Shown: positions 1 to 7,610 of the stretch, one piece after another
Position numbering within the stretch: position 1 is the first letter of the stretch
Layout of the letters: each line of letters begins with the position of its first letter
Assembly: GCA_963829055.1 (NCBI GenBank)
Contig: CAWHHI010000003.1
Span: 384,001-448,000, forward strand
Length of the DNA stretch: 64,000 bases
Origin: an uncultured Gemmatimonadaceae bacterium
Lineage (GTDB): Bacteria > Gemmatimonadota > Gemmatimonadetes > Gemmatimonadales > Gemmatimonadaceae
Direction of reading: 5' to 3'
Program-made: the position numbers and the translations under genes
Notes under the pieces: model-generated
What the model was told of the DNA's origin: nothing
Seen by the model: only the letters and a program-made list of their open reading frames with translations
Database searches by the model: none

Positions 1-313
1 CGGAGGATTCGTGAACTGGGGCGAGCACGCCGAGACGGAGCTCACGATGCTGGCGTCGGGACGCGAAGCGAGCGTGGTCACGCCCTACGGCGGCCTTCGC
101 GTGATGCAGGTGATCCCCATGTCGCGGAATGCCGTGCACGACACGCCGACCGCCGGCGGCTTCCTCGGCATGCGCCTGCGCTTCGGCGATGTCGATGTGA
201 TTCCCGAGATCGGCGTCTACTACGATCGCTCCGCACTCGACCTGCGCCGCACGAACTACATCGTCGTCCCAGGCGTGAGCTTCGCACCGCGCAGAGGAAA
301 GCCGGTCGGGTAA
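1..313 (+). CDS. hypothetical protein, 3' part (runs off window start)
   Basis: Open frame to TAA at 313 with genome-typical codons; beta-strand-like C-terminus (GFLGMRLRFG...YIVVPGVSF). Confidence 0.6.
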   Translation, partial: GGFVNWGEHAETELTMLASGREASVVTPYGGLRVMQVIPMSRNAVHDTPTAGGFLGMRLRFGDVDVIPEIGVYYDRSALDLRRTNYIVVPGVSFAPRRGKPVG

Positions 314-392
314 GCCACTGTCAGGTAAGTGGCTTGCATCACCCCGTCCTCGCCTGCTGCTTTCGGTTCAAAGCAATCAGCGGGGAACAACC

Positions 393-1340
393 ATGCCGCG
401 CGCGAAGAAGAAAAAACCCGAGGTCACGCCCGCCTCACGCGGGCTCGACGCCCGACGCCTCGCCACCGCCGCTCCACCCGCGAGTGTCGTCAACGTCGCG
501 GCCGCGATCGAGGAGAACGGTGGCTCCGCCCTCGCGACGTACCGCGACCCACTTGGCGGACACTGGCAGATCCTCGCGGCACTCCCCATCGACCGCGTCG
601 AGCCCACACCCTATCAGCGCGATCTATCCGAGGCACACGTCGACCGGCTGACCGTCGCCATCGACAAGCTCGACCGCTTCCTCGATCCCGTCATCGCCGT
701 CCCCGCCGGCGACGGCAAGTACTGGTCGCCTAACGGGTATCACCGACTCGGCGCCATGAAGCAGCTCGGCGCAAAGTCCATCGTCGCGCTCGTCGTGCCC
801 GAGCCCGAAGTCGCGCATCACATCCTGCTGCTCAACACCGAGAAGGCGCACAACCTCCGCGAGCGCGCGCTCGAAGTGGCGAGGCTGGCCGAAGCGCTGG
901 CGGAGATCGATGATCGTCCTGAGCGCGAGTTCGCGGTGCAGTTCGAGGAGGCGGCGCTCGTCACGCTCGGCTTCTGCTATCAGCAGAACGGTCGATTCGC
1001 CGGCGGCGCTTTCCACCCGGTGCTCAAGCGATGCGACAAGTTCCTGGGCTCCAGGCTGCCGAGGGCGCTCGAGACGCGGCGCGAGCGCGCGGCCAAGCTG
1101 CTCGAGCTGAACGACGCCGTGAACGCCGCGGTGGCGAGCCTCAAGGAGCGCGGGTTCGAGAGTCCGTACCTCAAGGCATTCGTCGTTGCCCGGATCAACC
1201 CGCTTCGCTTTCAGCGGAAGCCCACCGCCGATTTCGACGAGACGATCGACAAGATGATCGGCTCCGCGACGCGGTTCGACGCCACGCGGATCAGGGTGGA
1301 CCAGGTCGCCCGCAGCGGCGGCGCTCCCGAAGAGTCGTGA
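393..1340 (+). CDS. ParB/Srx N-terminal domain protein (stand-alone)
   Basis: 315 aa; LPIDRVEPTPYQRDLS...FLDPVIAV...SPNGYHRLGA matches the ParB-like fold; no parA nearby. Confidence 0.75.
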   Translation: MPRAKKKKPEVTPASRGLDARRLATAAPPASVVNVAAAIEENGGSALATYRDPLGGHWQILAALPIDRVEPTPYQRDLSEAHVDRLTVAIDKLDRFLDPVIAVPAGDGKYWSPNGYHRLGAMKQLGAKSIVALVVPEPEVAHHILLLNTEKAHNLRERALEVARLAEALAEIDDRPEREFAVQFEEAALVTLGFCYQQNGRFAGGAFHPVLKRCDKFLGSRLPRALETRRERAAKLLELNDAVNAAVASLKERGFESPYLKAFVVARINPLRFQRKPTADFDETIDKMIGSATRFDATRIRVDQVARSGGAPEES

Positions 1341-1434
1341 GCGCCGCTTCACTCCGATGCAACTATTGACTTCATTTCGGGTTCACAGCCTCTTACCCGG
1401 ACTTCTCGCCTTACCTGTCTTCCCCGTTCCCAGC

Positions 1435-1980
1435 ATGCGTCGTTTTTTCGTTCCCATCTTTTTCAGTGCTATCGCGAGTACCGCTGCTACCGCGCAGACG
1501 CCGGACTCGACGGCAGCACTTCCCGGAAAATCGGCACTGCAGGGCGTGTACACCGATGCCCAGGCATCCCGCGGCGACAACGAGCACGCATCGAACTGCA
1601 CGTCCTGTCACTCGACGACGAACTACGCTGGCCCCGCTTTCGTGAAGACCTGGGTCGGCCGGACCGCGTTCGACCTGTTCGAGCAGTTGAGGACGACGAT
1701 GCCCGACGACAGCCCGGGCAGCCTGTCGCAGCAGCAGTACGTGGACATCGTCGCCTACATCCTCAAGATCAACGGCTATCCGGCGGGCGCCGATTCGCTG
1801 TCGACGGACCCCGAGGCGTTGCGCCTCATCAGACTCGAGGCGAAGAAGGACTCGCAGACGGCGCGCGTTCCGCACCCGTCGAGCCGTGTATCGGCGAGCG
1901 TGCTCCAAGCCGCAGGCCTTCGCCCGCTGCACCCAATGTATCATGCTCACGCCGTCATGGCGCCAGCGACCACGCGATAG
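1435..1980 (+). CDS. secreted mono-heme cytochrome c
   Basis: Signal peptide; GVYTDAQASRG; CTSCH heme motif; TMP axial Met; IVAYILKINGYPAG. Confidence 0.85.
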   Translation: MRRFFVPIFFSAIASTAATAQTPDSTAALPGKSALQGVYTDAQASRGDNEHASNCTSCHSTTNYAGPAFVKTWVGRTAFDLFEQLRTTMPDDSPGSLSQQQYVDIVAYILKINGYPAGADSLSTDPEALRLIRLEAKKDSQTARVPHPSSRVSASVLQAAGLRPLHPMYHAHAVMAPATTR

Positions 1981-2007
1981 CCGCCAGCTCCTTCTCATTT
2001 CCCCACG

Positions 2008-3495
2008 ATGAAGGACGACGACCGCAACACCCTCGACCGCCGACGCTTTCTCAAGGTCGCCGGCGCACAGACCGGATTGCTCGTCGCGGCCGCACAGGGT
2101 GCGGGGGCGATCGCGCAGCAACAACAGCCGACTCCAGCACCCCGGCGCGCGCCGGCCGTCGTCACGCAGAAGTCGCCCGACATCGCGGTGATCGGTGCAG
2201 GTGCCTTCGGCGGCTGGACCGCGTACCATCTGCGGAAGATGGGCGCGCGCGTCACGCTCGTGGACACGTGGGGCCCAGGCAATTCGCGGTCGACCTCCGG
2301 CGAGGAGACGCGCGGCGTGCGGTCGTCCTACGGCGATCGACCGCACGGAGAACTGTGGGCGCGCTGGGCGACCGAAGCCGCGAAGCGGTGGAAGGCCTGG
2401 GATGAAGAATTCGACCGCACGTCGCAGGAGCGCGTCTTCCACACCACCGGCGACCTCATCTTCCGAAAGGACTGGGAGCCGTTCCTCAAGGACACGCGCA
2501 AGAATTGGGACACGGTCGGCATCAAGTACGAGGTGCTGACGCCTAACGACGTTCGGTCGCAATACCCGGTCATCGATCTCAAGGAGATCGGTGTGATACT
2601 CTACGAGCCGGGTGCGGGCGTGGTGCGTGCGCGCCGAGCGTGCGAGACCGTGGCCGAGGCGTTCAAGCAGCGCGGCGGCGACATCGTCGTCGCGCGAGCG
2701 CAGCCGTCGCTCGCGCAGGGCGATCGCCTGCAGGACATCGCGCTGTCCACCGGTGAGACGCTCAAGGCCGGCCAGTTCGTGTTCGCCTGCGGGCCGTGGC
2801 TCCCGAAGATCTTCCCCGAGTTCCTGCGGACGCGACTCCGCACGCCGATGGGGAACGTCTACTACTACGGCACGCCCATCGGCGACAACCGGTTCGTCGC
2901 GCCGCACATGCCGAGCTTCAACTTCACCGGCATCACCGGGTGGCCGTCGCTGCCTAACGACGCGCGCGGCTTCCGCGTGCGGGTGGGCGGCGGCACGCAG
3001 ACCGACCCCGACACGAGCCAGCGCTGGATCGACCCGAGCAACTTCACTCGGCCGCGCGCGTTTCTCATGGAGCGCTTCCCGCTGCTCATCGACGCGCCGC
3101 TGCTCGAGACGCGCTCCTGCCACTACGAGCTGTCCGTCACGCGCAACTTCTACATCGACACCCACCCCGAGTGGGCGAACGTCTGGATCTGCGGTGGCGG
3201 ATCGGCGGAGGGCTTCAAGTTCGGCCCGATGGTCGGTGACTACACGGCGAAACGCGTGATGGGCATCGCGGGCGACCCGGCGATCGCGAAGGGGTTCCGC
3301 ATCCCGAAGGAAGAGTTCGAGGAGCCGCCGCGCACAGCCGCCGACTCCGCGCGGGTCAAGGCGCGCGCCGACTCCGTCGCGAAGCTGAAGGCCGATTCGG
3401 CCAGGGCAGATTCCGCGAAGCGCGTGATCCCGAACGGTGCGTCATCCACCACCAGGCCCGACGGAGCAGCGAAGAAGCCATCGCTCTTCGAGTGA
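2008..3495 (+). CDS. Tat-exported FAD-dependent oxidoreductase (sarcosine oxidase/DAO family)
   Basis: DRRRFLK Tat motif; VIGAGAFG dinucleotide fold; GGSAEGFKFGP C-terminal motif. Confidence 0.88.
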   Translation: MKDDDRNTLDRRRFLKVAGAQTGLLVAAAQGAGAIAQQQQPTPAPRRAPAVVTQKSPDIAVIGAGAFGGWTAYHLRKMGARVTLVDTWGPGNSRSTSGEETRGVRSSYGDRPHGELWARWATEAAKRWKAWDEEFDRTSQERVFHTTGDLIFRKDWEPFLKDTRKNWDTVGIKYEVLTPNDVRSQYPVIDLKEIGVILYEPGAGVVRARRACETVAEAFKQRGGDIVVARAQPSLAQGDRLQDIALSTGETLKAGQFVFACGPWLPKIFPEFLRTRLRTPMGNVYYYGTPIGDNRFVAPHMPSFNFTGITGWPSLPNDARGFRVRVGGGTQTDPDTSQRWIDPSNFTRPRAFLMERFPLLIDAPLLETRSCHYELSVTRNFYIDTHPEWANVWICGGGSAEGFKFGPMVGDYTAKRVMGIAGDPAIAKGFRIPKEEFEEPPRTAADSARVKARADSVAKLKADSARADSAKRVIPNGASSTTRPDGAAKKPSLFE

Positions 3496-3519
3496 CGTGA
3501 TGCGTGGGCCGATGAAGGC

Positions 3520-4408
3520 GTGAGCGATTCGCCACGACGCTTCGGCCGCGCGCTGCGCCTGAGCGCGCGTAAGCGGCGGATGGAACGCCTGTACGACGTC
3601 ATGTATTTCGGCGGCTGGCCCTCGTGGCTCGCCCGCCCGCTCGGCTTGCAGGGCCGCCTTCGACTCGAGACGCATCAGTTCTCGGTCGACGCCGGTGAAG
3701 GGCCGCCGGTTCCTCCGCTCCGCATCGCATTTGCCTCTGACCTCCACGGCGGTCCCGGCACGCATTCGGCCACGATTCGCCGGGCGTGTCGCCTGTTGGC
3801 CGAGTCGAAGCCTGACCTGCTGCTGTTAGGCGGCGACTTCGTGTCGTTCCACGCCCGCCACGTCGAGGGCGTTCTCGAGGCGATCGACGGCATCGACGCG
3901 CCGTTAGGCAGGCTCGCGGTGCTCGGGAACCATGACCTCATCGCTGACGACGCCTACCTCGTGCGCCGCCTCGCGACGATCGGCGTACGCACGCTCGTGA
4001 ACGAGAACGTGCGGTTGCCGCCGCCGTACGATCGGCTGTGGGTCTGCGGGCTCGACAACACTGAGCAGGGCACCCCGGACGGCCGCGCGCGCGGTCGCGG
4101 GGGCGGATGGCATTCGTCTCATGCTCATGCACTCGCCGGACGGCCTGTCAGCGTTAGGCGACGAGCCGTTCGCCGTCGGGTTCACGGGCCACGTGCACGG
4201 CGGCCAGTTCGTGCTGCCGGGCGGCAAGTCGCTGATCTCCTCCAAGGGCCCGTTCAGCCAGCGCTACCTCTATGGCGGTGTGTTCGAGCTCGGGCCGCCG
4301 GGCCAGCGCATCCTGCTCGTCAGCCGAGGCATCGGCCAGGGCTCGCTGCCGATGCGCTTCAACGCGGACCCGGAAGTCCACGTGTGTGACCTGTCATTCC
4401 GAGCGTAG
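3520..4408 (+). CDS. metallophosphoesterase (YkuE/YaeI-like), frameshift near 4080
   Basis: SDLH, GGDF and LGNHD motifs in one frame; HSPD, GHVHGGQ and SRGIG in the next frame. Confidence 0.85.
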
Positions 4409-4541
4409 TTGTCATTCCGACCGTAGTTGTCATTCCGAGCCGAAGTCGAGGAATCGAGATCGTCTTGGTAGAGGGGCCCGCCAACCGTCAGGATGGTCAT
4501 TCCGGAGCGGCGGTTTGTCATTCCGAGCGTAGCGAGGAATC
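4392..4541. repeat. REP-like TGTCATTCCGAGCG repeat cluster
   Basis: Units at 4392, 4410, 4428, ~4496 and 4516; GAGGAATC motifs. Confidence 0.85.
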
Positions 4542-4603
4542 ATTTGACGTAAGACGTTATCAGTTATGGCGATAGGTACTCCGCTCGGGCCCTCAACCGG
4601 CTC

Positions 4604-4632
4604 TTGTTTTCGGCGTTTGTTCGGTATATTCT
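4604..4632 (+). promoter_or_regulatory. putative sigma70 promoter with TTTC-N7-GTTC box
   Basis: TTGTTT-N17-TATTCT; TTTC(4608)-N7-GTTC(4619) lies between the two hexamers. Confidence 0.3.
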
Positions 4633-4681
4633 GTTTCCCCGCCGTCGCCTGTCGCGTCGGCGCTGACGACGGGAGGTGCCA

Positions 4682-5380
4682 GTGCCGAAGCACGAGTTGG
4701 TGTTGGACGCAGGCGAGTACGCGCCGGTTGCCGACCGCATCACGCTGTTCTACGCCCGCTACCCCACTGGGCGCATCCTCACTCGGCTCATCTCGCGAAC
4801 CCGGTACGAGATCACCGTGCAGGCGTTCGTCTTCCGGTCGGTAAGCGAGGAGCGACCGTCCGCCACCGGTCTCGCGTCCGAACGCATCGGTGACGGCGAC
4901 ATCAACACCGTCGCCTGTCTCGAGAACACCGAGACGTCCGCCATTGGCCGCGCGCTCGCGAACCTCGGTCTCACGGCGTCGTCGCATCGGCCGAGTCGCG
5001 AGGAGATCGACAAGGCGAATCGCGAGCGCGTTCGTCGCGTTTCGGAGCCTGCGCCGGCCCCGCGATCGCCAGTCTCGCCGCGTGGCGGATCGGCGCAGCC
5101 TCCTGCGGAGAAGCCCGCACCACCTTCGCCGAGCCTAACGAGGCGTGCAGCTGGGGTGAGTGCGGCGGGTAGCAACTCGATGCAGCGCCGCGCCGATCGC
5201 GTGATGGACGCGCTCGATCTGCTCGATCAGGCCGAGCGCGCCGGCCTCCCGCACAAGCGCGCGCGGCGACTTCGCGATGCGCTCACCGAGCCGGCGGCGA
5301 GCGTCGTCACCGTCGAGCGTGTGGAGCGGATGATCCGCGCCTGGACCGCCGCCCGTCACGCCACGCATCTGCGCCTGTAA
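4682..5380 (+). CDS. putative Rad52/Sak-like single-strand annealing protein with C-terminal extension
   Basis: GGAGG RBS before GTG; YAPVADRITLFYARYPTGRI and LENTETSAIGRALANLG resemble phage annealase-like proteins; Pro-rich linker. Confidence 0.55.
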   Translation: MPKHELVLDAGEYAPVADRITLFYARYPTGRILTRLISRTRYEITVQAFVFRSVSEERPSATGLASERIGDGDINTVACLENTETSAIGRALANLGLTASSHRPSREEIDKANRERVRRVSEPAPAPRSPVSPRGGSAQPPAEKPAPPSPSLTRRAAGVSAAGSNSMQRRADRVMDALDLLDQAERAGLPHKRARRLRDALTEPAASVVTVERVERMIRAWTAARHATHLRL

Positions 5381-5407
5381 CACCCCGGTGTCAGTAGGAA
5401 GAGAAGG

Positions 5408-5575
5408 TGTCATTCCGAGCGATGCGCGCGGCGAGTCGAGGAGCGTTGTCATTCCGAGCGGCGCCGCGAAGCGGCGCAGTCGAGGAATCGAGTCCCTGCC
5501 GAGTAGAGGGCCCTCTACCCGGACGATCGCGATTCCTCGACTGCGCGCCTGCTCGGCGCTCCGCTCGGAATGACA
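5408..5575. repeat. complete palindromic REP/MITE-like element
   Basis: TGTCATTCCGAGCG...GTCGAGGAATC...GTAGAGGGCCCTCTAC...GATTCCTCGAC...CGCTCGGAATGACA nested inverted repeats. Confidence 0.9.
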
Positions 5576-5601
5576 CTGACAACCAGGCGGAAGCGCGAGC
5601 G

Positions 5602-6402
5602 ATGCGAATCGAGAGGCAGCAGCACGTGGAGAACGCCGAGTCGTGGACCGATCACGAGCTGTTGCAGCGAATGCGCCGCGACGATGCGGTCGCCATCCGG
5701 GAGTTCTACCGGCGTTTCACTCCCGTGCTCTGGAAGGAGGCGCGTCGCGCGCACGTGCAGCCCGCGCTGCGTGACGACCTCGCCATCGACTGTCTGAGCG
5801 ATTCCGCCATTCATCTCATGCAAGCGACCGTCGCCGTTCCGTCGAACCTGACGGGCTATCTCGTCGCCGCGTTCCGCCACCGGCTGGCGAACGATCGCCG
5901 CGCGACGAAGCGCCGTCTCGATGCTGGCGCCGCCGCGGTCTCGTACGGCTTCGACGAGCGGGTCGTGCGCGAGGTCTGCTCCGAGGCATCACTGCGCGCG
6001 AGCGCGGGGCCGGCCGCCGAAGCGCCCCCGCTATCACCCGTGCTCGAGCGGCTGTCGCGCGTCATCGACGCCGGCATCACCGACCAGGAGCGGCAGATCC
6101 TGCGCTGGATCAGCGCGGGCATCCCACAGCGTCTCATCGGTGAATGGTTGGGGATCACGCATAACGCGGCGCGTGTGCGCGTGCTGCGGTTGCGCGATCG
6201 TCTCATCGAGGTCGCGCTTCGATACGACGGCCCGTGGCTGCCCGGCGAGCGAGACGAGTTGTACGCGTTCTTCCGCCGCTGTGGTCTGTCGGAGCGCGCC
6301 CTCCGTGCAAGCCAGGCACGCGAGCAAGGAGCGCCGAGTGGCGGCGCACCGGAACGGAGCCGGCCGCAGGCTGGCCGCAAGTCACCAGAGGAGGACCAGT
6401 GA
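5602..6402 (+). CDS. divergent ECF-type RNA polymerase sigma factor
   Basis: Region 2-like DAVAIREFYRRFTPVL...YLVAAFRHRLANDRR; region 4 HTH ITDQERQIL...IGEWLGITHNAARVRVLRLRDRL. Confidence 0.75.
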   Translation: MRIERQQHVENAESWTDHELLQRMRRDDAVAIREFYRRFTPVLWKEARRAHVQPALRDDLAIDCLSDSAIHLMQATVAVPSNLTGYLVAAFRHRLANDRRATKRRLDAGAAAVSYGFDERVVREVCSEASLRASAGPAAEAPPLSPVLERLSRVIDAGITDQERQILRWISAGIPQRLIGEWLGITHNAARVRVLRLRDRLIEVALRYDGPWLPGERDELYAFFRRCGLSERALRASQAREQGAPSGGAPERSRPQAGRKSPEEDQ

Positions 6403-7142
6403 GATACGACGACACCACGCCCCCCGCGTCCGAGCGCGCCGGTATCGAGCGCGCGAAGGACCTTCTCGTTCGCGTCGCGGGTGACCGCGCCATGGAGCGG
6501 CTCGATCCACTGGACCCGTCGGAGGCCCCGTTTCTCGAGTGGTACGCGCGCGAGGCGCGGTTGACGTTGTCGGCGGCGGACCAGCAGAAGCTCGAAGCCG
6601 GCGCCGATCGGTTCGTGCGTGCCGTGCTCGCTCGCCGCGGCGTCGAGCGGACGCGTGTGCGAGAGGTCGCGGCCGAACCGGAGAGCGCCCCGGCGTGGGA
6701 GGAGGGGACGCTGGCGCAGGTGGTCGCGGCGGCAGCTCGCGTTAGGCACGCACCGGCGCTGGAGCTGTCAGTTGCGGCTGGCGTCGGGCGCGAGCTCTGG
6801 GATGAACCGTGCGAACGCTGGATTCCACTGCCGGACGGCGCGCCGGACGGGCGCTACGTCGCGCTGCGAGTGACGGGCGACAGCATGGTGCCGCTGCTGC
6901 ATGACGGCGACACGATCCTCGTGAAGCTGGGAGATGAGCTCGTGCCTGACGCGGTAGTCGTAGCGCGTGTGCCGGATGGCGGGTACGTGGTGAAGCGAGT
7001 CGGCGGACTCGCGGGCTCGCGGGTAGAGCTGGAGTCGTTCAACCCGGACTATCCACCCATTGTCATCCCGCGCGATCCGTCGCTCGTGTTAGGCACCGTG
7101 CTGCTGCGCTGGTGCTCCCACGGCGATCGCTCGGTGCACTGA
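6399..7142 (+). CDS. LexA/UmuD-type S24 peptidase domain protein with non-HTH N-terminus
   Basis: VAAG cleavage site, GDSM Ser, VVKR Lys and LESFNPDYPPI; GTG start overlaps the sigma stop (GTGA). Confidence 0.85.
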   Translation: MRYDDTTPPASERAGIERAKDLLVRVAGDRAMERLDPLDPSEAPFLEWYAREARLTLSAADQQKLEAGADRFVRAVLARRGVERTRVREVAAEPESAPAWEEGTLAQVVAAAARVRHAPALELSVAAGVGRELWDEPCERWIPLPDGAPDGRYVALRVTGDSMVPLLHDGDTILVKLGDELVPDAVVVARVPDGGYVVKRVGGLAGSRVELESFNPDYPPIVIPRDPSLVLGTVLLRWCSHGDRSVH

Positions 7143-7257
7143 GACGCAGAGCCGAGCCGTCGAGTGACCATCGAGTAACAGGGCGGTGTCACTCCAGACA
7201 GAGGGGAGCGCGTCATTCCGACGCACTCGAGGTGTCCCGAGGTTCTGGAGGATGAAG

Positions 7258-7539
7258 ATGCGTCGCTTCATTGAGCTCGTCATTCGTGTTCGTCGGCTCG
7301 TCGCCCGCACCCCAGGAGGCGAGGCGGTCATCAAGGGACGCGCACAACGGACGACGAAGCGTCGGTTGGGCGGGAGGCTCACGGAATTCTCCTTCCGCCT
7401 CGCCTTCATGATCGACCTCGCGTACGTCGGCATCGGAGCACTTGGCGGCACGGCGGTCGGGCGAGCGCTTCCTGCGGCGCCGCCGCCCAGCGACCGTAGC
7501 GCGATGATCTGCAGCGCCTACCCGACGCCGGGCCGCTGA
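7258..7539 (+). CDS. small hypothetical membrane protein
   Basis: GGAGG RBS; basic N-terminus and hydrophobic segment LAFMIDLAYVGIGALGG. Confidence 0.4.
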   Translation: MRRFIELVIRVRRLVARTPGGEAVIKGRAQRTTKRRLGGRLTEFSFRLAFMIDLAYVGIGALGGTAVGRALPAAPPPSDRSAMICSAYPTPGR

Positions 7540-7545
7540 TGCTCC

Positions 7546-7577
7546 AACGCTCCGCTCGTCGCGACGAGCGGAGCGTT
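7546..7577. terminator. perfect 32-bp palindrome between convergent genes
   Basis: AACGCTCCGCTCGTCG|CGACGAGCGGAGCGTT. Confidence 0.65.
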
Positions 7578-7610
7578 CGTTCATGAAATCAGTGTCGCCG
7601 TTGCGAGGAA

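Noticed and set aside
1411..3165. Long antisense and alternate-frame ORFs (e.g. 584 aa here, 576 aa at 22674-24404)
   Set aside because: Shadow ORFs of real genes in high-GC DNA; Arg-rich with no motifs
4392..4541. CRISPR array from repeated TGTCATTCCGA units
   Set aside because: Units are 14-18 bp, abutting or irregularly spaced, occur in inverted orientation elsewhere, and there are no unique spacers or cas genes
4682..7142. Prophage (annealase plus CI-like S24)
   Set aside because: No integrase, structural, terminase or lysis genes, and the S24 protein lacks an HTH
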